DNA of 64,000 nt, taken from contig CAUYUJ010000056.1 in NCBI GenBank assembly GCA_963575745.1, forward strand, positions 1-64,000, read 5' to 3'. This DNA comes from Prorocentrum cordatum. Lineage: Eukaryota. The translations under genes were made by a program, and so were the position numbers. This document shows, piece after piece, positions 11,774-22,350 of this stretch. How positions within the stretch are numbered: position 1 is the stretch's first letter; every line of letters begins with the position of its first letter. The notes beneath the pieces were generated by a model. That model was not told the DNA's origin and did no database searches. It saw nothing but the letters and a program-made list of their open reading frames with translations.

Positions 11774-13267
11774 TCAAACGGTCTCTCTGTTCGCTGGCCG
11801 CACTGTCCATGCCGGCCGCTCTGCAGCTAGCCCTCGCCGGGCGATCCGCGCAGCGGTGGCGCTCTTGTACGTCACCAGACCAGCTCTGCCCTGGCAGTCG
11901 CGCCGCCGACGCAGCAGAACAAACGCAGAGATCTCGCCGCGCTGCAGGCGCGCGTGCTCCGCCTGGCCGGCGTCGTCGTCGGGGAAGAGCTTGCGCAGGC
12001 CACCGTGCCCCAGCGGCCCCGGCGCCGACGCCCAAGCGTCATGGACAGAAACGTCGCTGATCTCATAGTGCTCGGTTAGGACAGCTTTGCCCACTTTGAA
12101 ACGACCGCCAACGGCAGACATCCAGGATCCACCCTCGGTCGTCGCCAACAGGAACGCGTCGATCCGCTCCAAGGTTGCAACATTGCTACCGCGATCTGAC
12201 CGGGCAATCGGCTGCCGCGAAGCCGGCCGCTCACGGCGAGCGACGCGGGCAGACGATGCGCGCGAGGCCGCCCGGCCCCCAGAATCGCCAGACCCATCCC
12301 GGCGTCCGCCGACAGAGTCGCCCGTGGCATCGCATGGCGCGGTGGCCACTGGGGCCAGGACGCCTGGCGAGGCCATGCGGGCCGGAGCGGGCGGCGCGGT
12401 TGGCCGCCAGGCAGGGGCTGGGTCGCCTCCGGCAGCTGGGGCAGAGAGGAACGCTGCATTGTGACATGCGGGGACGGGCCCCTCTCGCTGGCGTTCGCCT
12501 TCAGACCTGCGTCTGTCCACGCTCGCTGGCGCGCCCGCGCCTGTCGCCGCGACGCTATCGTCCGATGTGGGAGTGCTGTGGGTCGCACCGGGCGCGTGCG
12601 CGTTGTCAGACACCGCTTCTTTCGGGGCGGGCGTTGCCTTCCCCGGCGAGGCCCGGGCTTCGAGAGGGAGGGGCAGCGGTTCGCTGTCCGCTCGGGCGGA
12701 TTCGCTGCCAGGAGAAAAAGGGCGAATGGGCGCGAAGGGGTTTTTGTCGACAAGCTGGCGGATGGCCTCGTCGTCCTGTCTCTGCCAGGCAGGTCCGTTG
12801 TTCCCCCGCGAGGAAGCTTCGAAAGCACCGGGGGCGGCGGCGGGCGGAGTCGCAGTGAGGCGTCGCTGGGTCTCGCCCTCAACCAGGTGCGACGACATCC
12901 CCAGACTCTGCAGGTAGCGGGCTCCATGTCTGGCGTCTGCCACGGGGGAGGCCTCGGAGGCGCCGGCCGGAGCGTCTGCGCCGAACGCGAGGACGCGCCC
13001 GTCTGTGGCCCGCGCGCACATCCAGGAGTCAGGCGAGCCCTCCAGTCGCGAATGCCCTGGGTCACGGTCAGTCGCGCTTACGTCCACGCACCCGACGCGA
13101 GAACTGTAGCAGCTGACGGCCGCTCCTGGATATACGGCACCCTGGCTCTCTTCTATGTGTGGTGGGTATCCTTTTTCGGGCGCTCTCTCTGCAGCCTTCC
13201 GAACTGCCGCCACGATGCCGTCGCCAGGAGTGGGCGCCGTTCCAGGCGCACCTTCGGCCTCCACCAA
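11774..13267 (-). CDS. Hypothetical protein with possible C-terminal RRM-like segment
   Basis: 497-codon ORF, mostly low complexity. Its C-terminus LRKLF...GEISAFVLLRRRRDCQGRAGLVTYKSATAARIARRGL loosely follows RRM spacing (RNP1-like GLVTY). Confidence 0.25.
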   Translation of the reverse strand: MVEAEGAPGTAPTPGDGIVAAVRKAAERAPEKGYPPHIEESQGAVYPGAAVSCYSSRVGCVDVSATDRDPGHSRLEGSPDSWMCARATDGRVLAFGADAPAGASEASPVADARHGARYLQSLGMSSHLVEGETQRRLTATPPAAAPGAFEASSRGNNGPAWQRQDDEAIRQLVDKNPFAPIRPFSPGSESARADSEPLPLPLEARASPGKATPAPKEAVSDNAHAPGATHSTPTSDDSVAATGAGAPASVDRRRSEGERQREGPVPACHNAAFLSAPAAGGDPAPAWRPTAPPAPARMASPGVLAPVATAPCDATGDSVGGRRDGSGDSGGRAASRASSARVARRERPASRQPIARSDRGSNVATLERIDAFLLATTEGGSWMSAVGGRFKVGKAVLTEHYEISDVSVHDAWASAPGPLGHGGLRKLFPDDDAGQAEHARLQRGEISAFVLLRRRRDCQGRAGLVTYKSATAARIARRGLAAERPAWTVRPANRETV

Positions 13268-13520
13268 AACTCCGACCCAGGGGCGCTGACGGGAGTGAGG
13301 AGCTGTAGGAGCTCCCGTTTCGGCCTGTGGCTCGCTCGAAGGACTGCTGCGTCTGAAAGCTGCTTGTTCCGATATGTGACCTCCTGACTGCCTTCTGGCC
13401 TAACGGGCCCTGCTTCTCCTTGTGAGTCCGACGTCACAACTGCTCCGTTCCCTTTCTGGCCTCGCGGGCCCTGTTTCGTCTTGCGAGGTCTGCTGGCCGC
13501 CAGGGGTGCCTGGCAGGGCG

Positions 13521-13745
13521 TCAACTATCGTCGCGACGCTGTCTTGGGGGACCGAGTTGGAGTTGCGAGGAAGCAAGAGTGCCTTGAGCTCTCGCAGATC
13601 CCTCGTCGCCAGGGTTACGGTTGATGGCCGTCGACTCTGATTGCCCCAGATGGATGCCAGGGTCACGGCTGATGGCCGTCTGAACGCACTGCATCTCCAT
13701 GGACTCACCCAGGCTGTGCACCTGCGCTCCATCGGGAGAGATTTC

Positions 13746-13777
<32 letters not shown>

Positions 13778-14411
13778 TGCTGTCGACGATCTCCTGCACA
13801 TCGCCCACTGCAGCGTCGGTGTTGCAGCCCGCGTCCACGCGGCTCGGCGCGGCCACCCAGCCTCCCGCTGTGTCGGGCCGCGGGTGGAAGCGACACTCTG
13901 CTGGGGACCACGCGCCGCACACCCAGCAGGTTGTCCCGAAGGTCGGCGCCCCGCAGTGTCCGCTGGCGAGGGGCTGGACGAGGGGCTGGGCGTGGGGCAG
14001 GCCGTCGGCGGGGGCGGCCGCAGCGGCCGAGGCGCCGCCCGGCGCGGCGGCGGCCGCCGACGCGGAGCTGCCCGCGGCCGCCGCAGAGGGGCGGACCGCG
14101 GCAGCGGGGGGCGCGGCCGCGCGCGCGGCCAGCAGGGGCCGCCGGGCCACAGCGGCGACGGCGGCCAGAGGCTGGCGACCGCCGCGGCCTCCGCGGGCGC
14201 CAGGGCCGCGCCGCAGGCGGCCGCGGCTGCTCGGGGCCGGCCTGGCAGGCGTCAGCGGCCGAGCCCAGGGTCGCGCCAGGGGCGGCGGCGGCGGCCGCCC
14301 CGCGGCGCGGGGGGCGTCGGCGGCGCCAGCGGCGGCCGCGGCGCCCGGGGCGCTGGCGGCAGCGGCAGCAGCCCGGCGCCGCCGCCGCCGCCGCGCCGAG
14401 GGCGGTTCCAT
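13521..14411 (-). CDS. Hypothetical Ala/Arg/Pro-rich ORF (MEPPSARRR...) downstream of stacked SL relics; possible retrocopy
   Basis: The ATG at 14411 lies ~45 nt downstream of the relict spliced leaders. The ORF contains a Cys cluster HCGAPTFGTTCWVCG; no family recognised. Confidence 0.3.
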
Positions 14412-14455
14412 CCGGCCGGCCCCAGAGGCGGCGGACCCAGGTCGCGCCGACCAAC

Positions 14456-14525
14456 CTCGAGCCAGAGCGGCTTGAGCCAGATGGATTGAGCCAATGGCTA
14501 CGGACTTGAGCCAGAAGGGTACGGA
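14456..14525 (-). other. Four stacked relict dinoflagellate spliced-leader (DinoSL) sequences
   Basis: Minus strand reads TCCGTACCCTTCTGGCTCAAG-TCCGTAGCCATTGGCTCAA-TCCATCTGGCTCAAG-CCGCTCTGGCTCGAG, versus DinoSL DCCGTAGCCATTTTGGCTCAAG. Confidence 0.85.
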
Positions 14526-17386
14526 CATTGCGCACGCGAAAGGAGCGACAATGATTTCTTTGCGTCGGCCTGGCCTCCCCGAGAGCCCTTCGGGGCCTCG
14601 AGCCAGGGCGGTCCACAGACCCCCGCCGTCACCGCGCACAAAGGGGGCTGGCGCGAGGCGGGGCGGCCTCCCGAGGGACGGGCGGGGGCCGCCTCCTCGG
14701 AGAGGCCCGCGCGCTTCCAAGTACAGTGGGGGCCCGGCCACGAGAAACCTTCCACAAGAAACCAAGCCCTGAGACCCCAGGACGTCCATCGATTTCTAGT
14801 GGGCACGTCACGCGTTCCATCGCAAAACCATCGAAACCCAAGAAACCCAGGGCGCCCTGGAGACGAGCAGGGTGTTTCTTGGCATGGTCCTCCACTGTAG
14901 GCTTTTGCCCTGCCAGGGCGGCTTCTGACAGGCCGCCCACGGCTTATCAGACGCCCCTCGGGCCTCCTGGAAGGCCGCCCCCCCTCGCGCCACCCCTGTG
15001 CGCACACCGCCGCGTCCTTCCTGCACTGCTTCGGTGCGGGAAGCCCCTTCAGGCGCGCCTTCCACGCAATCGTGAACATCGTTTAACCGATCCCTATCCC
15101 CACTGGCTGGCGCTGCCTGGGTCCCACTTGGCCGGTGCACTCCACTAGATAGGGGATATCGGTTGCCTCCTTTGGGTTTCGAAGGGTACATCCCCAACTG
15201 GGGTGGTGGGATGGTGGGGCTCAGGATTGGTATGGGGATGGGAATAAGGATCGGGCAAACGATACTGAAATCGAGCCACAATTCTGAAGTAATCCTAGAA
15301 GGCTCCAGAGAGCCAGGCCCTGGCCTTGGTCTAAAATGCCACCAAGAGACCGCGTAGCCCCCCGCCCCTCTCAGGCGGCTTCAGGCCGTGCGCCCAAAGG
15401 GCCCAGAAGTGCCGAGGGGGCGGAGAGGGGGGACAAGAAAACGCAGAACTTCGTGGTTGCCAGATGATCGACCCCGATACGAAAAAACACAAGTGGCCAT
15501 GCTGAGCATTCCTTATCAAGTCTTGTATCGAAAACTGTTAAGGAATGGCCAGCAATGCCACTTGTGTTTTTGCGACGGAGTGTCTAAGATGGCAACTTGC
15601 GAAGGGATGTCGCCCACGTAAGAAAATCTGCCTTTCGCCATGCCGTTTATTTTCAGCGTCGCACGCGCCGCCGACCGGGGGGGGCGGTAAAGAACAGAAA
15701 GAGGAACAGCGACGAGGGCCAGAAGGCCGTTGCGGGGGATTTTGCGAGGAGCGTCCAAGACGAGCGCGCCAATGATGTCCAAAGAACGTTGTATTAGGAT
15801 CCTGTACAGAACCTATACGGCTTGTACAGGGTCGTATACACATCCGACATGGGCTGTGAACACACTCCACACAAAAGAGATACGGACTCTATGGGGTCCT
15901 ATACAGAGCCGATGTGGACGCGATCGGATCCTGTACAAACCGATACGGGGCGCATCGGACCCCATACATATCGAATACGACATGTATATGACACTATACG
16001 TACTCATCATGGACAGCATAGGATCCTGCACATATTCGATAAGGAGTGTATAGGATATTGTACACATCTGGCACGGACTGCATCATATCCCACAGACGGC
16101 CGGAGGCGCCTGTCCTCAGCAACAGCGAAGCCCTTGTTTATGCCGACCACCGCCGGTGGCGTCAAAACAGTTTTATTTTTATTTATTTTTCTCTCGGGGT
16201 TGGATGTTACGCAACGACTTCGCGAGGAGAAAAGCAGCCGCCGCCGACGCCGTCGCCGCCTCCGTCGCCACTCCCCCGCCGTCGCTGCCCGCATCTCGGC
16301 AGGAGGGGAGCGGATCCTGAGGGAAGGGATCCCGGGCCCCAGGGCATCCCCACGCGACCAAATCCTCGTCCCGAGTCGTCTCCTGACAATTCCTGGGCTC
16401 GCGGAGGGCCCCAGGAGATCCGAAACGACCAGAAACCTCCAGGACCCGTTTTCGACAAGGCCCGGCTACTTCACGCCGAGCCTCTGTCGCCCCCCGACGC
16501 CACCGCCGCCTGCGCGGCCCGGCCGGGGACGGACGGCCAGGAGCTCTCGGCCCCATCGTTGTATGTCTCCGCGCGGGGTGGCCTGGCGAGCAAGGGCCGA
16601 GATGCGCGAGGGCCCCTTGGGGCCTGGGGCAACGGCGCCTGGAGGCTGCCTTTTGATTTTCTGAGATGACCATGTTATCCGGTGGAGGGGTGTGGGGGAG
16701 GTGCCCGCCGATAGCCTGAACCGTTTTCGCTTTCGGCAGCCCCACGCATGCCCACGCGCACCAAGGCTGCGTGCCCCTTTCGGACTCGAGCAACCAGCAA
16801 TATCATGTTATCCGGAGGGGGAGGAGAGGGGGGGCAGACCGGCCCGATAACCCAGGTTATCGCCGAACCCTCAACAAAAACAGTCTCCTGTGGGGCCTTC
16901 CCACGACGCTCCGACTTGAGGGAGCCCCAGAGGCCGCGCAGCAACTGCATTTGCGACAGCCACCTGGCCGGCCCCAGACACCCGAAGACAGAAGAGGACA
17001 AGACAGCATGTCTTGGAGGGCCGATGTTTACCCCCTCTGCGTCCACGGGCCGTCCGCGGGCTTCACACCGAGGAAAAAACGCCAGCCTCTCCACACCCCG
17101 ATGACGAAGCCCTTTCTGGAGCACCCCGCCTGGGTCCATGACTGAAGAGAAGGGGGCACTGAAAGGCGGCCCCCCTTCCTTCAGGCACGTGCATGGGCGC
17201 CGAAACGTGCAGCACCACACCAGGGTGGCGCTCTACGGGTCGCTCTGCGGCGCAAGTCTGCCTGGCCACTTTTTTGCGAGCGGCGCCCAGCTGTGGCTGC
17301 GAGGGGCCCCCGCCGAGGCCCGAGCAGGGATGACAACTTCATCCGAGCAACCACCACTCACTCACTCACCCACCCACCCACTCACT

Positions 17387-17549
17387 TGAAGGGGCCCCAG
17401 GACACACACATAAATACACACAAATAAAAGGATTCCCCATATTTTCCTGCATTTTCTGGGTTTCTGTCTTCCCGCCCAATTCCCATATTTTCCGATATTT
17501 TCCTGGGAGTCGACGATTAATTGTGTCTGTGTGTTTTTTCCTCTCCTGA
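17387..17549. mobile_element. 163-bp solo-LTR-like element with 5-bp TSD (TCACT)
   Basis: Reads tcact|tgaaggggcc...ctcctga|tcact. A near-identical 163-bp copy at 60634-60796 has a different TSD. Confidence 0.75.
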
Positions 17550-19611
17550 TCACTCAACCACTGAACCATGCACCCCGCGAAGCGGCGACGGCAGCCGGAT
17601 TGCTGCGAGCAACGGTCATGCTATGGATGCGCGTTGGCGATCCTTAGCTTTGAGCTTAAATTCTTGCCACATCGAGCCGCATCGCCGATGCATCGGCGAT
17701 GCGGCGCGATCCTCCGACCCCATCGACTCGGACCCAACCTAGGAGGCCTGGAGCTATTCCTCGCGCCTTCATCCGTGTGCGCCTCCTCGATGGAAGAGGA
17801 ACAACTGCTCGGCGGCGCGCACCAGGGAGTAGGGGGAGGAGGGAAGGGTTCCTAGGAGCAGGGTGCTTCTAAGAAGCCTTCCCCCCTTCCCCCTACCCCC
17901 CTCTGCGCGTTGCCGAGATGTGGTGAGGATTGGGTTGATAACTCCGAGCGCCCACGCTCGCCATGAAGGAGACGGGTCCTGGGGAGCGTTTTTTGGTTCC
18001 CGGGCGACAACTGGCGTTACCAGGGGGCGGGGGGCCGGTCACGTCACGTTTCGCGCGGGCGCCGTCTGGAAGCGTCTCGAAATAACAAAAGCCACCTCGG
18101 AGGTCAGCATGAGTCGTGACGTTACCAGGGGGGGGAACTCCTGGGGCCTGTAACGGCCGCTATCGCGAAAGATAGAACAACGATCTCCTGCAGGAGCGGG
18201 GGCCCTGGGATTCTATCGCCGTGTTCGGGCCCCCGGGCACTCCACGGCCCGCGGGGCCATCAGATAGCCACTCGGGATTGAGAGCTGGTCCCCGGCAAAG
18301 GCCCTCGGGGCCAGGACCCCTTCCCCTCCAGCCCCCTTTCCTTCATGGCGACCACATGGCCCTTCCACATCAATCAGCATCAAATCGGGAAATCGGATTG
18401 GATCACTGCGTCGGATCGGGCCGCATCGGTATGGAGTCGAAATGGCATCGGATCGGTTGCGCCAGGATGCACAACTGCGCCATGCAAGCATCGGGCCACA
18501 TCGGATCGATGGGAAAGCCGAGACGAGTCCAGTGAACTCGAGCTCGAATCGCTTCGACCGAACCGGAATGGACCCTGCAACAAACATCGTCGTAGTCCTA
18601 GATTTCCGGCGGTCCGTGCGGAATCCTTGCAGCGGAGGTGCCCCCCTCCCCAGCGCCGCCACGGGGGTGCAGCGCCGATCCAAGACCTCAGCGCGGAGGG
18701 CGCAGGGCGCTCGACTGGGCGCGGGGCCCTGGCCAGGTACTGGCCGCCGGCGGACTCCTCGACGCGGAACTGCAGCACCCCGAGGCGCCCCTCGGCGGCC
18801 GCGTCCTCAGAAGGGCGGCGAGGGGCATTCTCTCAGTGTCGGCCAGCAGCCAGCGGGGGAGAGAGCTTCACCATTCCGACCCAGCACTAGGCACACCCAT
18901 CCATTTTTCAAATGCGAGGTCCCCGGACACCCCGACCCTTTCCCCAGGACCCGTTGTTTTATCCCGAGTCACTTTTAGATGCTCCCCAAGCCCAGTGGGG
19001 AACCCTGGAGGCCGAAAACGACGAAAAAACTCCCTCCGGACACTTCTTCACGGCGCGAGCGAGTCTGGTGCTTCCTCCTCGAGCATAGAGGAGGTGCCGA
19101 CCCACGCCCGTGGCCCTGCTCCAGAAAGGTGTGCTGGGCCCCCCATGTCTGCGGGACAACGACAGGTGGGACCAGCTGAAAGGGGGAAACATCGAGCTAG
19201 GGTCGGCGATACATCGACGATGGATCGGCGATAGCCCCCCAGTGTCGAATCCGCACGTTCCTAGGCGGGGTGGGGCTATCAGGCCCCCATCGGCGATGAA
19301 TGGGCGATTGGGGGTCGATGCATCCCGAAGGAGAGCCCAGAATCGAATCGATAAATCGGATCGGCAATCGAAATAAATCGGATCGGCGGAAATCGGCAAA
19401 CACGTCGGGAGAAGTCGAATCGGCAGAAATCGGCAGGCTCGTATGCCTCCAATGAGAAATCGGAACCCAAATTGGAATCCCAAATCGAATCGAATCGGAA
19501 TCGGAAGCCATAGAAATCGAATCGAATCGGAGGTATCGAAACGAGCCGAGATCCCCCCTGAGCCTATCCCCCCCATCGTTGCTCCTGATGTCCGCGCGTC
19601 ACAGAAGACGG

Positions 19612-21982
19612 CACTCCCGCTCTCCGACCCTGGCGCGCATAGAGGCCGCGCTGAGAGACCACTCCCTGCGCACCCCCCTCTGGTTGTCGAGACAGTGCCA
19701 CGCCTGCCACGCTCTCCGACCTTGGCACGCATAGAGGCCGCGCTGAGAGACCACACCCTGCGCACCCCCCCCTGGTTGTCGAGACAGTGCCACGCCTGCC
19801 ACGCTCTCCGACCCTGGCACGCATAGAGGCCGCGCTGAGAGACCACTCCCTGCGCACCCCCTCTGGTGTCGAGACAGTGCCACGCCTGCCACGCTCTCCG
19901 ACCTTGGCACGCATAGAGGCCGCGCTGAGAGACCACCCCCTGCGCACCCCCTCTGGTTGTCGAGACAGTGCCACGCCTGCCACGCTCTCCGACCCTGGCA
20001 CGCATAGAGGCCGCGCTGAGAGACCACCCCCTGCGCACCCCCTCTGGTGTCGAGACAGTGCCACGCCTGCCACGCTCTCCGACCCTGGCGCGCATAGAGG
20101 CCGCGCTGAGAGACCACTCCCTGCGCACCCCCCTCTGGTTGTCGAGAAAGTGCCACGCCTGCCACGCTCTCCGACCCTGGCACGCATAGAGGCCGCGCTG
20201 AGAGACCACTCCCTGCGCACCCCCTCTGGTGTCGAGAAAGTGCCACGCCCTGCCACGCCTGTGACCCTGGTGTCGAGAAAGTGCCACGCCTGCCACGCTC
20301 TCCGACCCTGTGAGAGACCACCCCCTGCGCACCCTCTCTGGTGTCGAGAAAGTGCCACGCGCCACGCTCTCCGACCCTGGCACGCATAGAGGCCGCGCTG
20401 AGAGACCACCCCTGCGCACCCCCTCTGGTGTCGAGACAGTGCCACGCCTGCCACGCTCTCCGACCCTGGCACGCATAGAGGCCGCGCTGAGAGACCACCC
20501 CTGCGCACCCCCCTCTGGTTGTCGAGAAAGTGCCACGCCTGCCACGCTCTCCGACCCTACTAGACCCGCCTGGCTGACGATAGAGGCCGCGCTGAGAGAC
20601 CACCCCCTCCCTGCGCACCCTGTGTGACGCGCACCCCCTCTGAGACAGTGCCACGCCTGCCACGCTCTCCGACCTTGGCACGCATAGAGGCCGCGCTGAG
20701 AGACCACACCCTGCGCACCCCCCTCTGGTTGTCGAGACAGTGCCACGCCTGCCACGCTCTCCGACCCTGGCACGCATAGAGGCCGCGCTGAGAGACCACC
20801 CCCTGCGCACCCCCTCTGGTGTCGAGACAGTGCCACGCCTGCCACGCTCTCCGACCCTGGCACGCATAGAGGCCGCGCTGAGAGACCACTCCCTGCGCAC
20901 CCCCCTCTGGTTGTCGACCCACGCCTGCCACGCTCTCGACCCTGGCAAGCTAGAGGCCGCGCTGAGAGACCACCCTGCGCACCCCCTCTGTTGTCGAGAA
21001 ACGCCTGCCACGACCTTGGCACGCATAGAGCCGCGCTCCACCCATGACCCCCTGGCGTCGAGAAAGTGCCACGCCTGCCACGCTAGAGGCCGCCGCTGAG
21101 AGACCACCCCTGCGCACCCCCTAGAGCACGCCTGCCACGCTCTCCGACCCTGGCACGCATAGAGGCCGCGCTGAGAGACCACCCCCTGCGCACCCCCTCT
21201 GGTGTCGAGAAAGCCACGCCTGACCCTGGCGCGCACCTGAGAGACCACCCGCGCACCCCCTCTGGTGTCTGCCACGCCTGCCACGCTCTCCGACCCTGGC
21301 GCGCATAGAGGCCGCGCTGAGAGACCACTCCCTGCGCACCCCCCTCTGGTTGTCGACAAAGTGCCACGCCAGCCACGCTCTCCGACCCTGGCACGCAAAG
21401 AGGCCGCGCTGAGAGACCACTCCCTGCGCACCCCCTCTGGTGTCGAGACAGTGCCACGCCTGCCACGCTCTCCGACCTTGGCACGCATAGAGGCCGCGCT
21501 GAGAGACCACACCCTGCGCACCCCCCTCTGGTTGTCGAGAAAGTGCCACGCCTGCCACACTCTCCGACCACCACGCATCTCCGACCCTGGCACGCATAGA
21601 GGCCGCGCTGAGAGACCGGTGTCGAGACAGTGCCACGCCTGCCACGCTCTCCGACCCTGGCACGCATAGAGGCCGCGCTGAGAGACCACACCCTGCGCAC
21701 CCCCCTCTGGTTGTCGAGACAGTGCCACGCCTGCCACGCTCTCCGACCCTGGCACGCATAGAGGCCGCGCTGAGAGACCACTCCCTGCGCACCCCCTCTG
21801 GTGTCGAGACAGTGCCACGCCTGCCACGCTCTCCGACCCTGGCACGCATAGAGGCCGCGCTGAGAGACCACACCCTGCGCACCCCCTCTGGTGTCGAGAC
21901 AGTGCCACGCCTGCCACGCTCTCCAACCCTGGCACGCATAGAGGCCGCGCTGAGAGACCACCCCCTGCGCACGCCTGCCACG
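19612..21982. repeat. Tandem satellite, ~90-92 bp unit, about 26 copies
   Basis: Unit ctctccgaccctggcacgcatagaggccgcgctgagagaccac.ccctgcgcaccccctctggttgtcgagacagtgccacgcctgccacg, with degraded or truncated units at ~20560-21270. Confidence 0.95.
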
Positions 21983-22149
21983 CACTGCGAATCCTACACG
22001 CACGTCTTGCATATGGCATGTCAAGTGTATGTGGATGATGCGGGTGCGGCCGTATCGGGACGTGTGCCTCATGTGTGTGCCCGGTATGTAGCGCGTACGT
22101 TGTGGGTGTACGGTGCAGTGAACACAACAGGCGTACACTAGCGTTGTAT

Positions 22150-22350
22150 GGTGTGTGTGTGTTTGTGTTTGTGTTTGTGTTTGTGTTTGTGTTTGTGTTT
22201 GTGCTTGTGCTTGTGCTTGTGCTTGTGCTTGTGCTTGTGCTTGTGTTTATGTTTGTGTTTGTGTTTGTGTTTGTGTTTGTGTTTGTGTTTGTGTTTGTGT
22301 TTGTGTGTGTGTGTGGGGGGGGGGGGAGGTGTGTGTGTGTGTGTGCGTGC
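22150..22350. repeat. (GTGTTT)n/(GTGCTT)n and (GT)n microsatellite
   Basis: Directly visible. Confidence 0.9.

Larger units (their letters stand above)
6878..13680 (+). repeat. Dispersed short hairpin motif (GCCAGGG)..ACGGCTGATGGCCGT, about 22 co-oriented copies in clusters
   Basis: Clusters at ~6878-7590, 8155-8360, 10900-11155, ~13110 and 13608-13680. The core ACGGC-TGATG-GCCGT is self-complementary. Confidence 0.75.

Noticed and set aside
10309..12068. Ala/Arg-rich ORFs of 267-471 aa
   Set aside because: The tract is nearly pure G/C and lacks stops in all frames; no domain is recognisable.
19612..21982. Possible CRISPR array
   Set aside because: Units are wholly repeated with no unique spacers, and there are no cas genes in this eukaryotic context.
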